Part shown: one piece after another, positions 42,847-56,408 of the stretch
Position numbering within the stretch: position 1 is the first letter of the stretch
How the letters are laid out: every line of letters begins with the position of its first letter
NCBI RefSeq assembly: GCF_009914755.1
Contig: NC_060927.1
Source: the human T2T-CHM13v2.0 reference genome, Homo sapiens
Length of the DNA: 64,000 bases
Direction: 5' to 3' (one strand)
Program-made: the position numbers and the translations under genes
Notes under the pieces: model-generated
What the model was told of the DNA's origin: nothing
What the model saw: only the letters and a program-made list of their open reading frames with translations
The model's database searches: none

Positions 42847-43260
42847 GTGATAGCCAGCCTCCACAATCATCTCCAATGATTCTCATCTCTTGGTATTCAT
42901 ATCTTTATGTAGGCCCCTCCTCCCTTCCCTCCCTCTCCCATCACTCACTCCAGGGAAACTAGCTGAAAGCCATATGACATTCATGAAGATAATGAAGAGG
43001 CCTGTGTGCCCAGGGCCTGAGGTCTGCTATCAACTCCATGAGTAAGCTTGGAAGTATATCCTCCCCTGCTTGAGCTTTCAGATGAGACTGCAGCCCCAGC
43101 TAAAAACCTCAGCCTGATTAAACCTCATGAGAGACCAAGACCCAGAATCATCCAGCTAAGCCACTCCTTAATTCCTGATCCACACCAATAGTGAAATAAT
43201 AAATTATTTTAAGCTATGGGTTTGCAGAAATCTGTTATGCCATTATGGATAACTAGTACA
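42847..43260 (+). mobile_element. MaLR solo LTR (MLT1F/G-like)
   Basis: TG...CA ends; internal gatgagactgcagccccagc and ccagctaagccactcc; ends gataactagtaca. Confidence 0.8.
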
Positions 43261-43939
43261 TATTTTTGCTCTTTACACTAAAACCTGCCTCTTACACAAC
43301 TACTGTTATATTTACAATTGTTTTCTAGGATGCATTGGCTAAAATTCAAACGTTAATCACTCTGTGTGGGTTTGACTTTGATTTACATTTCTCCATTTAA
43401 GAAGAAAAAAATTAAACATTATATATTTTTGTCAATTTTTTTCTCCTAACTCTAGGAGTTTCTGTCTGTTTTGCAACATCAAAAGAGCAAGATATAGCAT
43501 TTTAACGTGAGATAACTTCTCAGGTAAATTTTTACTGCTTTTGCCACAAGGCAATGAAATTCAGTCATATCATTTTCCTTCTGGTGGAGGCTCCAAAGGT
43601 TCATTGAAGCAGAGGGATACTGTAGACACTACTTTCAACTCTCTGGTTATGCTAAGTGTAAATGAACCTACTCGTGTTTCTCCATATGCTCTGGTCAAAC
43701 TTCCCAAGAGTCTTTTAATGTTACTAAAAAACAAAGAGCCAGACAGGAAGCCAGACAGGAGGGAAATCATAGAGAAGAAAAAATTAGCATATTTTATCCT
43801 TTACACTGTGGAAGCAAAACATCCAAGAGGAGAGATATATTCAAGGAAAAGTTTATTATTACTGACATTCACGTTCTTCTGGTCTTAAAGACTCTAGCCA
43901 CTGGCTTTAAGTCTCCTTCTTCCCTTTATTCATGTCATT

Positions 43940-45660
43940 ATTATCAGTGACCTCACTATGAAAATTGAAGCAACCAAAGACATTCTCACTCTCTTCCCAC
44001 CAAACCCGCCAATCAATCTGCATCTGTATCCACAAAGTCCCATCCATGCTTCTCTCTATGGCCAATACATTAATACCCCATGCCCTCTCAACTACTAAAG
44101 AATTTTACTTCCAATAGTTTCTACTCTCTCTTGCATCATCAATTCATCCCTCTTTATATTAATTTCAGAAACATATCAATATGCCTTGATGTCACTATTC
44201 TAAAAATGCCCTTACTTAACCCCATTTATCTGATCTTCCTGGGCAAAACCTCCAAGGCGGATGTTTATTTTTGATTTCTCTGTTTTGCCATCTTTCATTT
44301 TTGCCTTTATTCGTTCTAGTTGGGTTTTGGTCCCATTATTATACTGATATTATATTTATCAGTATTAATTATCATCTTTCACCATTTACAGTGGAAGCTT
44401 CCTTATCTTTATCTTAATCCCACATCCAATCAGGTAGTCATTCTATCCTATGAACATACTCTCCTCCCTTGGTTCCTAGGACACCACTCCTTCTCAGTCT
44501 TCCTCCTACCTCTCTGGCAACTTCTGCTCAGTCTCCTTTTCTGACTCTTCCTCTTCTGCCTGCTTTATAAATGTTACTATTTCTCAGGATTCAGTCCAAT
44601 GCCATCTTTTTCCTCTACTCCAAATTCCTCATCTACTTCCAACACATGAAAATCCATATAAATGCCAAAGAATCCCACATTTATGCCTCTTGATTCATAC
44701 ATCCAACAGTTAATTTGTGGTCTCCAGTTGCCACACATGCATGTTAAACTTAACATGTCTACAACAGAACTCTTCATTCCCAAAACATTACTGTCCCTGG
44801 CATCCCCATCCACATAGATACTCAAGCCTGAAACTAGCTGGGGTGTTATCCTTGATTTCTTCTACTCCCATGACCTGTCTCCATATTCAACCCAATAACA
44901 AGTCCTCTATAGTCTACCTCCAAAATGTGTCTTGAATTCATGCACTTACTTCTATGTTCAATGTTGCCAACCTACTATTAGCCACCACCATCTTTCATCT
45001 ATAATACTTAATAGCTCCCTTTTTCAGTTTTGCCTCCCACTAATCCATTCTTCACACAGTAGCCAGAAAAATCATCTAAAAAAAGACTGTTAAGCTCAAT
45101 AACAAGCTCACAACTCCCTGACTACATCTTCACCCTCACCCAGTGTCATTCCCCCACTTATAAACTATAATCACATGGACTTTTCCTTTACTAGAGCAAA
45201 TTAAGGTATTTCCTACCTTGCACCTTCATAATTACCATTGTAAATGGTAAATATTTAATAGCTCTCAGAAAATAGGCAACTTGTAGAGTGGAAAGAACGT
45301 AATAGTATATTAGTTATCTGTTGCTGCATTAAAAATTTCCCCAATTTCAATCTGCCTGAAGTAAGCCGCCACCCCTGTTCCATCTACCAGGTTCTTTGCC
45401 AGATTAGTTTCTTATTATTCCTCCTATTTGAGATTAAATATTACCTAATTTCTTAAACAGATTTCCTCTTCTCTCCTTTTTTAAATACATTTTTTAAACT
45501 TTTTAATTGTAAATTTGTCTAGTGCATCTCTACCCTTACTAGAGATACAAACTCTGCAAGCAAATTACCACGTCTTCTTCATTTTTTATTCTAAATCCAG
45601 TGTCTAGAACAATACTCTGAATATATTAAGCTCTTATTACTATTTGTTGAATTAATGATA
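43940..45660 (+). mobile_element. Decayed L2 LINE
   Basis: C/T-rich L2 motifs (cctcctacctctctggc, tctacctccaaaatgt, cacacagtagccaga) and 3' end tatttgttgaattaatga. Confidence 0.75.
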
Positions 45661-45894
45661 ATGTCATATGAGACTCATAGAATCAAAGAATATTCAGTTT
45701 GAGAGCTACAAAATCAAAAGACCTTTATAAGCAAACCGGCCTGTCTTTTGTAAAAGGTACATATGTTATCAACGTGCCTTGCATTTAAGAAGCTTATTAA
45801 ACACTGTGATGCAAAATCTCTCCATTTCCTTCTCCATCAGCTGCGTATTTGTATATGTGTATGTATGAGATTGTATTTCTTTCTTAAAAGTCCT

Positions 45895-46298
45895 TGTATT
45901 AGGCCATTTTTGCGTTGCTCTAAAGGAATACCTGAAATTGGGTAACTTACAAAGAAAAGAGGTTTAATTGGCTCTGGGTTCTGCAGGCTGTACAGGAAGC
46001 ATGGCACCAACATCTGGCTTCTGGTGAGGCTTCAGGAAGTTTTCAATAACGGTGGAAGGTGACAGGGAGCCAGCATGTCACATGATGAGAGCGGGAGCAA
46101 AAGAGAGAGAGAAAGGGAGGGGCCAGACTCTTTGAAACAACCAGATATCACGTGAAGTCAGAGTGAGAATTCACTTATCACCAAGGTGATGGCCCTAAGC
46201 CATTCATAAGAGATCACCCTCCATGATCCAAACACTTCCAACATTGGGAATTACATTTAAATATGGGATTTGGAGGAGACAAACATCCTAACGATATC
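45895..46298 (-). mobile_element. MaLR solo LTR (MSTA/MSTB-like)
   Basis: tgtattaggccatttttgcgttgctctaaaggaatacctga...aagaaaagaggtttaattggctc...gatttggaggagacaaacatcc. Confidence 0.9.
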
Positions 46299-47564
46299 CT
46301 TCTCTACTCTTCTCATTCCTGTTTCTAGTATCTTCAGATACAGATTGAACAGGATCTGTCCAAAAAAAAAAAAAAAGATGCTCTTGATTCCTCTTAGAGT
46401 AGTTGACCTAAAAAGGCCACCTATCAGAAGCCTAAAAGTGTCAGTATTTCCCTAGATACAAATGCCTGTCTCATTCTTTAACCACTAAACTAAATGATAA
46501 ATCAAAGACACTCTAAGGGGAAAAAAAACTATCAGAAGTCTTACTTGTAAAGCAGAATTGAAGTTGAAAGAAAGTAGGGATGAGACACACTATATGGGCA
46601 TCCGCAGCCACAGGGGAATCCTGCCAAAAAGTCAGAAATAGCTTCTCAAGGGTAACCATTTTCAATCTATTTTATTTCTTTTTATTACTCTTCCCAGGTA
46701 ACACAAAACTTCAACTGATAGGAAACCTTTTAACAAATGCAGCTTGTAACACGGTCTATTTATATTCTTATTTTATTTGATTCAATTATTCTCCTATAAT
46801 TCTCCTGGTATTAAAAGTCCTTTTGATGGCTGTTCTGTTTTTGATTTCCAAAGTCATTAACCTCCATTCCCTACGCAAGGTAAGGGAAAGCTCTGTGAAT
46901 GACAGCCTTGTTTACAGGGAGCAGGAAAGGACTTGGCAGCTGTTCCAAAGTGTCAAATGAAATAGCCTGAAGAATGCTATTAAAAAGTGTCACCAAACGG
47001 GGAAACGACGTCACACTAATTAGATTGCCTCTTCGTTGTCCACTAATAGAATTCTCTGACACATAACTGTTGAGAGAGAAAGATTTGTTAGGAGGGAGGA
47101 ATAGCGGGTAATCTTTTTTATACCTTTCATATGACTTTCACAGTCTTCAAAATCTCAAAACATAGAGATGGGCTTAAAATGCAAATAATGAGAAGAAACA
47201 ACAACAACAAAGACTATATTAATTTGAATTATAACAGTGCCCTTTTGAGAATGAAGAATTTTATTTTTAATATCTCAGAGTCACTCTTATACACCAAACT
47301 TTTAGCTAAAATTAATGCTTTTCATCCATATCGAAAGGTATATCTGAGAGTATGCCTAAAATGTTCACTTGAACTGTCATTATTTTAGAAGCATATGATC
47401 AGGTAATAATCAGCCAAAGCCCTCTAAAACATTTATTTTTGGTATTCAATTTTCTATTCCCTTGTTATATTTAGTCCCTTGGTGGTTCCAATTTGTTCAT
47501 TTAATAGGCATTTCTTAAATGACTACTCTGTGCAGGATCAATTCCAGTCAGTTAAAATCGAATC

Positions 47565-47566
<2 letters not shown>

Positions 47567-47602
<36 letters not shown>

Positions 47603-47895
47603 GAGAGTCTTGCCCAGGCTGGAGTGAAGCGGTGCCATCTTGGCTCACTGCAACTTCTGCCTCCTGAGTTCAAGCAATTCTCCTGCCTCAGCCTCCCGAG
47701 AAGCTGGGATTACAGGTGTACACCACCAGGCCTCATTAATTTTTGTATTTTCAGTAGGATGGGGTTTCACCATGTTGGCCAGACAGGTCTCCAACTCCTG
47801 ACCTCAGGTGGTCTCCAACTCCTGACCTCAGGTGATCTCCCCGCCTTGGCCTCCCAAAGTGCTGGGATTACAGACATGAGCCACTGTGCCCGGCC
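47567..47895 (-). mobile_element. Alu (AluS-like) with internal 24-bp duplication
   Basis: T34 tail and Alu body; TSD aaaatcgaatcagttt (47554) / aaaatctaatcagttt (47896). Confidence 0.97.
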
Positions 47896-48189
47896 AAAAT
47901 CTAATCAGTTTCTAAGTTGCACTAATCACATCTAGGAAACATCAAATGCTTTACAGTCTAGTGAGAAAGAAAGAAAAGTGGATGATCCCTGCTATAGCCA
48001 GTCATAAGAACATCCATGAGGCTCTATTCTCCTGTGCTTTCTCTGGGCATAACCCCTTCACCTAAATTCTAATCTTCTTCTTCAGTTAGATTCACCATCT
48101 TCACCTCAAAGTCAGGATGCTCAAGACAGATTTTTCATTCTTCCTAAGTCCTGCCTGGTTCTCATCCCCAGGTTTCTAATTGTCAAAAT

Positions 48190-48375
48190 AATAACCCAAA
48201 ATTAGCACTTGGTATGTGCAATGCACTGCGTTATGTGCATTACATGGGTTATCTGATTTAACCTTCAAATTATTCCTATGAAACAGATAATATTACTAGT
48301 TCACTTGAAAAGTAAGGAAACCAAGATTTAGAAAGGTTAAGTAACATGTTCAAATAACTAGGAAGTGGTTAACTT
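48190..48375 (-). mobile_element. MIR
   Basis: Core-like aaggaaaccaagatttagaaaggttaagtaacatgttcaa. Confidence 0.75.
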
Positions 48376-48404
48376 GCAGACAGATTTTGAAAAATCAGGC
48401 ATTA

Positions 48405-48852
48405 GAGCTTCACTGTCCAATAGCCACATACAGCTAATGAGCATTTAAAATACAGCTAATGCAACTGGGAAAATTTTTTAATTTCATTAAATTAATTTAA
48501 ATTTAATTTTAAAAACCAACAGTTAAGTTGGTTATTGAGTATGTGAATGTACTTTTCAACCATAAATTTATGAAATTTATGAAATCTAAATACAGATCAA
48601 GTATTTCTGATGAAAATTTAGCTTCCAAACTAATACATGCTATAAGTGTAAAATTAGACTTTGAAGACTTGGTATTAAAAACAAGACTGTAAAATATCTC
48701 ATTGGTAATTTTTTATATTGACTACATATGGAAATATTTTAGATATATTGGGTTCAATAAAAACATATTAGTACAATGTCATCTATTTCTTTTGCATAAG
48801 AAAATTTAAAAGTGCAGATATGGCTCACATTATATTTCTTTTTTACTGCATA
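48405..48852. mobile_element. hAT-Charlie DNA transposon remnant (MER33/Charlie1-like)
   Basis: ctgtccaatagccacat...tgtaaaatatctcatt...atatggctcacattatatttct. Confidence 0.7.
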
Positions 48853-48861
48853 GAAACTACC

Positions 48862-49555
48862 TTTTTTTAATAATTTCAACTTTTGTTTCAGATTCAAGGA
48901 GTACATGTGCAGGTTTGTTACGTGGGTATATTGCATGATGCTGAGGTTTGGGTATGACTGAACCCATCACCCAGGTACTGAACATAGTACCCAATAGTTT
49001 TTCAGCCCTTTCCCCACTCCCTTCATCCTCCCTCTAGTAGTCCCCAGTGACTATTGTTCTCATCTTTATGTCATATGTACCCAAAGTTTAACTTCCACCT
49101 ATAAGTGAGAACATGCAGCATTTGGTTTTCTGTTCCTGCATTAATTTGCTTAAGATGATGGCCTCCAGCTGCATCTATATTGCTGCAAAGAACATGATTT
49201 CATTATTTTTGTGGCTGCATGGTATTCTGTGTTGTATATGTACCACAGTTTCTTTACCCAATCCACTGCTGATGGGCACCTAGATTGATTCCATGACTTT
49301 GCTATTGTTAATGGTACTGTGATGAACATACGAGTGCATGTGTCTTTTTTTGGTAAAATGATTTCTTTTCCTTAGGGTATATACGCAGTGATGGGATTGC
49401 TAAGTCAAATGGTAGTTCTGTTTGAAGTTCATTAAGACATCTCCAAACTGCTGTCCACAGTGGCTGAACTAATTTACATTCCCACTGTTTATAAGCATAC
49501 TCTTTTCTCCACAGCCTTGCCAGCATCTGTTATTTTTTGTCTTTTTAATAACTGG
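48862..49555 (-). mobile_element. 5'-truncated L1 (L1PA15/16-like 3' end)
   Basis: gtacatgtgcaggtttgttacgtgggtatattgcatgatgctgaggtttgg; ORF 49308..49526 has [10 protein letters not shown]. Confidence 0.88.
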
Positions 49556-50689
49556 CACAAGTCATAGTTCTGTTGGGCTCCACTTGTCCAGAGTCTATCC
49601 TCTTATCTTACACTATTCCAACTCTCAGGAAGCTTTCAATTCAGTGCTCATGTGGTAACAAGGATCTATTATTCAAACTGGCTAAATTCAGGCTCCCTGC
49701 TTTTCCCTCTCACCCCCCACTGTCTGGCAGATATCTTGAAACATCTTATCCTCTTCACTCTCCAGCCTTCTCTCAATGATTTATTAGCTCAAGTTCCACC
49801 AATACAGTATGACTTTTCTTGATATCTGTTCCAAAATACATTTTCGTTCTCTCACTGCAACATCAAAATGTGGAAATTGTCAAACTGGACAATACAATCT
49901 AGTATTCTGCTGTATCAAATGCTTCCAAGTGACATGATGTGGTTGTGTGTGTGGGCACATGTGTGTATGTCTGTGTGCACACACATGCATGTGCACATAA
50001 TATATTCATATTTATATTCCAGCTTCTTTTTTCTATCTCCTTGTAGCTTTGCCATTCCTAAATTCACTCAAATCACTATGAATTCATTTACAACGGCCCC
50101 CATTTATTAAGCTCCACACACCTTCCAAAATTATGTCCTTCCTTTGCTTAAATGCAGGAACAAGTTTTAAAGAATGACACACTGTTCCTTCACAGTTTGA
50201 TGAGATCATGTATTACCTTATACACTGCTTAATTTATAAATTTTAGTCATGTCTTTCTTTAGCCTTAACCTCCTAGATTGAAGTTTCCCAGTTGTCCTTT
50301 ATATGATGGCTATTATTACCAAAGCCAGAAACACATCTTTGGTCATTGATCTACCATTTCTCTCTTAAGATGCATTAGAATTGACTACACTCTTCCAGAT
50401 TTCAGGTGAAAATACTATAATAGGGTTATAGAATATATTGTTTAGATTTTCATTTCCTTGATAAAAATGCCAACTATTTTAAATTTTAGCCTTAGGTTGA
50501 TCTGATGTCATCAGAAAACATTCTATAACAATTCTTTGTCTTTAGGTTGTAACCACAAATTTTTGTTTTCATACAGAGAAGGTGTGTAACTATTTTATAA
50601 TTCTATTTTGGTATTCAAATTCATTTGCCACTCTTCTACATATTAACTCTCGGTACTTATTTCTGTCGTTCCATGTCTTCTTGGTAAAC

Positions 50690-51360
50690 ATGATAATAAA
50701 TCTAAAATATATCCATATAAAATAATAATATCTAATTTGTGGTGTTTAAAATACGATAGACTTAAAAATATTGGGCAAAAATTAGATATACGATGCAAAC
50801 ATATGATTAGAATTCAAGTGTTCTAAGGTCTTTCCAAAGTTCAGAAGGAGGTTAAGATATTTATTAACTTTAGGCTTTAGGTATATTTCATAATAATTTC
50901 AAAAGTAATCACAAAAAGAATGGAAGTAGAGTGTGTGACTTCCAAACCAGATGTTGGCAGCGGGGGCGGGAGGCGAAAGTTTTTGACTGTAATAAATTCA
51001 GAAGATAGAAAATCAGAATGGAAGAAAAAGGGGATATAGGAAAAGCAGTACACAGAGAAAATGCTAAGTAAACTAGTAGAAGTAAATCCAAAATATTAGA
51101 AATAACAATAAAAGTAAATGGACTAAACATACCAGCAAAGAGATAAACATTTCAAATTAGAGAATTTTTTTTAAATCCAGGTTTATGCTACCTATAAAAG
51201 ACAAGTAAACAAAAAGACAAGTTTAAAATATAAAGAACAGAAAAAGTTAGAAAGTTAAAGCATAGAAAAACTACTAAGGCAAAACTAATCAAATGAAAGC
51301 CAGTATAATTAATATTGGAAGGAAGGTTTCATGGCTGGTCAAAGGTGCTGGATTAATATC
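50690..51360 (+). mobile_element. Ancient L1M fragment (inter-ORF / ORF2 start)
   Basis: A-rich; aataacaataaaagtaaatggactaaac resembles the degenerate ITLNVNGLN-coding start of ORF2. Confidence 0.6.
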
Positions 51361-51384
51361 AGAAAGAAAAAAGAAGACTTTAAT

Positions 51385-51552
51385 AGTTCTCAGACCTGTT
51401 TACACATTATAATAATTTTGGAAAAAGTTTTTAAGTTACCAGTGTTTTACCCTCACCAATTAACTTCTAAAAGTGAGGCCTGGGCATGGATGTTTCTAAA
51501 AGTTCCCTAGGTACTTATGATACAGAATGAGGATTAATAACTTCCACTTTAA
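51385..51552. mobile_element. MER5-type hAT element
   Basis: agttctcagac...gtgaggcctgggcatggatgtttctaaaagttccctaggt. Confidence 0.55.
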
Positions 51553-52038
51553 ACAAAAAGAATTTTTAGAGATAAAAATATTCATCATATACTAATTTGT
51601 TAAATATACTAAATTTGTTAAAAAGAAAACTACAGAACTATTAGACTAAGACATGGGTAAATTCCTCTATTACCTGGGAGAGGGAGGAATGTTTCAAACT
51701 ATCATTCAACATCCAGAAGCAATAAAATAAAATGAGATTGTATTAAAAAGACACAGGTTTCTGCCTATGAAGTGTTAGCTGCCACAGGAATTGCCACCTC
51801 ACCATAGCCAAGAAAACCAGATAAAGTATATAAAACAAAAGTTTTCAGATTCTGGGCAACAGAATGTGATCCCTGAGAAAAGGGAAACAAGATTATCAGT
51901 GAACTCTAAGTTAATGCCTTCAAACAGTTTTCAGATCACAGTCAAGGAGGGGGCTCCAAATTAAGGAATAGGGATTAAAGTTTGGGAAGGTGGAGACTCC
52001 TATAACTATCATATTTAAAAACAAAGAAGAGACAACTT

Positions 52039-52380
52039 GACTCAGCTCAGGCTGTCATAACAAAATACCATGGCTGGGTGGCTTAGGAAGCAGGGGTTTG
52101 TTTTCTCAAAGTTCTAGAGGCTGGAAGTCTCAGATCAGGATGCCAGGTTCTGATGAGGACTCTCTTCCTGGTTGGCAGATCACTGCCTTCTTGCTGTACC
52201 CTAACATGGCAGAGAGAGGAGTGGGGGAAGGAGAAGGGGAGGGTGAGGGAGCCATACTTCAGAACACCACCCCATGACCTCATCTAGACCAATTGTCTCC
52301 CAAAGGCCCCATCTCCAAATACCATTACATTAGGGATTAGGGCTTCAATACATAAATTTTATGGTATATAATTCATTGCA
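52039..52380 (-). mobile_element. MaLR solo LTR (MLT1A-like)
   Basis: ggctgtcataacaaaatacca...gttctagaggctggaagtc...cccaaaggccccatctccaaataccattacattaggg. Confidence 0.88.
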
Positions 52381-52820
52381 TAGCAGAACTTCACAGAGAG
52401 CTCTGGAGTTCTGCATAGGGATCTTCTTGAGTCTTTGGCTGAATACTGACCTACCCATGAATGATAAGAAACTACCAAAGACTGAGGAAAGCTGTAAAAC
52501 AGCTTCTCATAGCTCACACAGAAGTGAAAATAGCTTATGTTTCCACAAGCCAGAATGAAGAGACCTCCTAACATGGGTCATTGCATACAGTCCACAGAAG
52601 GGTCCTGCCTTAATATTGGAGCTAAATTAATCCCAGGATAAAGACTTCCCTGGGAACACCTAACAAAGCTTAAAATTAAGTCTTAAAAGTTTCAAATTTA
52701 CCTGCCAGTTATGAAACTACACACCAGAATAAAATCCAATACTCTTTAAAGGAATACAAATAATTTCAGCAAACCATAAAACTCACAATGTCAGAAATAA
52801 TTTTAGAATTATTAGGCATG

Positions 52821-54642
52821 CAAATCATGAATGAACCCCCATTCACAATTGCCCCAAAAAGCATAAAATACCTAGGAATATCAGTAACAAGAGAAGTGGA
52901 GGATCTCTACAGGAAAATTACAAAACACTGCTCAAATAAATCAGAGATGACACAAATAAATAGAAAAACATGCTGTGCTCATGGATAGGAAGAATCAGTA
53001 TTGTTAAAATGACCATACTGCCACTAGCAATTTATAGATTTAATGCCATTGACACTAAACTACCATTGACATTCTTCACAGAACTAGAAAAAAAACTATT
53101 TTAAAATTCATATGGAACCAAAAAAAAGAGCCCAAAAGCCAAGGTAATCCTAAACAAAAAGGACAAATCTGGAGGCATCATGTTACCTGACTTCAAACTA
53201 TACTACAGGGCTACAGTAACCTAACCAAAACAGCATGGTACTGGTACAAGAATAGACACATCAACCAATGGAACAGAATAGAGAACCCAGAAATAAGACC
53301 ACACACCTACAACCATCTGATCTTCAACAAAGCCAACAAAAACAAGCAATGGGGCAATGGTTCCCTATTTAATAAATGCAGGAGAACTGGCTAGCCGTAT
53401 ACAGAGTATTGAAACTGGACCCCTTTCCTACACCATATACATAAATCAACTCAAGATAGAGTAAAGACTTAAATGTAAAGAATAACACTATAAAAACCCT
53501 GGAAGACAACCTAGGCAGTACCATCCTGAACATAAGAATGGGCAAAGAGTTCATGACAAAGATGTCAAAAGCAACTGCAACAAAAGCAAAAATTGACAAA
53601 TGGGATCTAATTAAAGAGCTTCTGCACAGCAAAAGAAACTATCAACAGAGTAAACAGACAATCTACAGAATGGGAGAAAATGTTTGCAAACTATGCATCT
53701 GACAAAGGCCTAATATCCAGCATCTATAAGGAATTTAAACAAATTTACAAGAAAGAAACAACCCCATTAAAAAGTGGGCAAAGAACATGAACAGACACTT
53801 TTCTAAAGAAGATATACACACGGCCAGCAATCATATTTTCAAAAGCTCAGTATCACTGATCTTTAGAGAAATACAAATCAAAACCACAATGAGATACCAT
53901 CTCACACAAGTCAGAAAGGCTGTTATTAAAAAGTCAAAAAATAATAGATGTTGGTGAGGTTGTAGAGAAAAAGAAACACTTTTACACTGTTTTGGGGAGT
54001 ATAAATTAGTTCAACCATTGTGGAAGACAGTGTGATGATTCCTCAGAGACCTAGAGACAGAAATACAATTCAACCCATCAATGTCTTACTGGCTATATAC
54101 CCAAAGGACTATAAATTCTTCTATTATAAAGATAAATGCATACATATGTTCACTGTAGCACTATTCACAGTAGCAAAGACATGGAATCAACCTAAATGTC
54201 CATCAGTGATAGACTGGTTAAAGAAAATGTGGTACATATATACCATGGGATACTCTGCAGCCATAAAAAGGAAAAAGATCATGTCTTTTGCAGGGACATG
54301 GATGGAGCTGAAGGCCATCATCCTTAGCAAACTAACCTAGGAAGAGAAAACCAAATACCACATGTTCTGACTTATAAGTGGGAGCTAAATGATGAGAACA
54401 CATGGACACATAAAGAGGAACAACACACATTGGGGCCTACCAGATGGCAGAAGTTTGGAGGAGGAAGAGAGTCAGGAAAAATAACTAATGGATACTAGGC
54501 TTAATACCTGGCTGATGAATATAAAACAAACCCCCTTGATATACATTTACCTATGTAACAAACCTGCACATATTGCACATGTATCCCTGAATTTAAATAA
54601 AACTCATAAAAAATAACAGATATAAATTTTTAAGATACAAAA
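52821..54642 (+). mobile_element. 5'-truncated L1PA (older, L1PA11-13-like)
   Basis: ORF2 3' third plus 3' UTR (aggaaaaataactaatggatactaggcttaatacctgg); TSD aattattaggcatg (52807) / aattatcaggcatg (54643). Confidence 0.92.
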
Positions 54643-54885
54643 AATTATCAGGCATGAAAAGCAGAAAAACATGATCCATAATCAGCAGAAAATGTAGTCA
54701 ATAAAACTAGACTGAGAAATAGCAAAAATGATTAAAAAAGAAGACAAGGACTTTTAAACTGCTAAGATAAATTGTATGAATATGCTTAAGGATGTAAATA
54801 AATACATGAATAAACTGAGAAGAGAAAATGGAAGATATCTTTAAAAGCTCAAATGGAATTTACAGAGATTAAAGACACAATCTTA

Positions 54886-55252
<367 letters not shown>

Positions 55253-55301
55253 CATATCCTCATTGAGCTTTGGGGTAATATCAAATAGTTTAATATACCT
55301 G

Positions 55302-55697
55302 TGCTGTGGTTTGAATGTGTCCTTCAACATTTGTGTGTTGAAAACCTAATCCCCAATGCAACAGTATTGAGAGGAGGAAACTAAGATGTGATTAGGTCAT
55401 GAGGGCTCTGTCCTCATGAACTTATTAAAGCCATTATCTCAGGAGTAGGTTAGTTATTATGACAGTGAATTCTTGATAAAATAATGTTTGGCCCCCTTCC
55501 TCTCTCACATGCATGCACTCTCTTGTCATGTGATGCTTTCCACCACATTATGATACAGCAAGAATGTCCTTACCAGATGCAGCCCTTCAATTTTGGACTT
55601 CCCAGCCTCTGGATCCATGAGAAAAAAAAAAATATGTTCTTTGTAAATTACCCAGTCTGTAGTATTCTGTTACAACAACACAAAATGGACTAAGACA
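55302..55697 (+). mobile_element. MaLR solo LTR (MST/MLT1A-like)
   Basis: tgctgtggtttgaatgtgtcc...taatccccaatgcaacagtattg...aatggactaagaca. Confidence 0.88.
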
Positions 55698-56249
55698 GCA
55701 TATAATTAGAGTCCTATAGAAGAAGCAGACAGGAAATTAAAATATTTGAAGAAATAGTGACCAAAAATGTGATGAAAATTATAAAACAACAGATCTGAGG
55801 TGCTCAACAAATTCCAGGAACACACAAACAAAACAAAACCAAGGTACATCAAAATCAAATTGCTGAAAATAAGTAATAAAGGGAAAATATTAAATGAGGT
55901 TAGAAGGAAAAAAACCCATATTAATTATAAAAGAACAAAGATAATAACAGCTTATTCCTATGCCGAAATCATGAAGACCAGAAGAAAATGGGATGATATT
56001 TTTAAGGTGATGAAATAGAAAACTTGTCAACCTAGATTATATCCAAAGCAACTATCCTCTAAGAGTAAAAGAAAACTAAAGTCTTGTTCATGTCAACAAA
56101 AGTTGAGAGAATATCAGCAGCACAGCTGCACCTAAATAACCAAGGTAATGGACTACAGACCTTCAAGTAAAACTATGTAGGCTTAACACTAGATTCCTGC
56201 TGGGAATTACTTTCATGGACTATTGCTGTGTTGTCATATACTGCAACTC

Positions 56250-56408
56250 AAGGGTTCCCAGCCTGGCTACACATTATAACTGAGGAACTTTAAAAAAATA
56301 GATTATTCAGGTTCCACTCCAAGGCAATTAATTAAGACATCACAATGAGTGGAGTCTGGGCTCCTCTGGCAATTCTAATGTTCAGGTAGGGTTGAAACTG
56401 GCTGTCTA
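56250..56408. mobile_element. MER5-type hAT element
   Basis: caagggttcccagcctggctacacatta...caattctaatgttcaggtagggttgaaactggctgtcta. Confidence 0.55.

Noticed and set aside
54610-54642. Possible 3' transduction between the L1 tail and its TSD
   Set aside because: About 30 AT-rich bases that cannot be told apart from a decayed poly-A tail.
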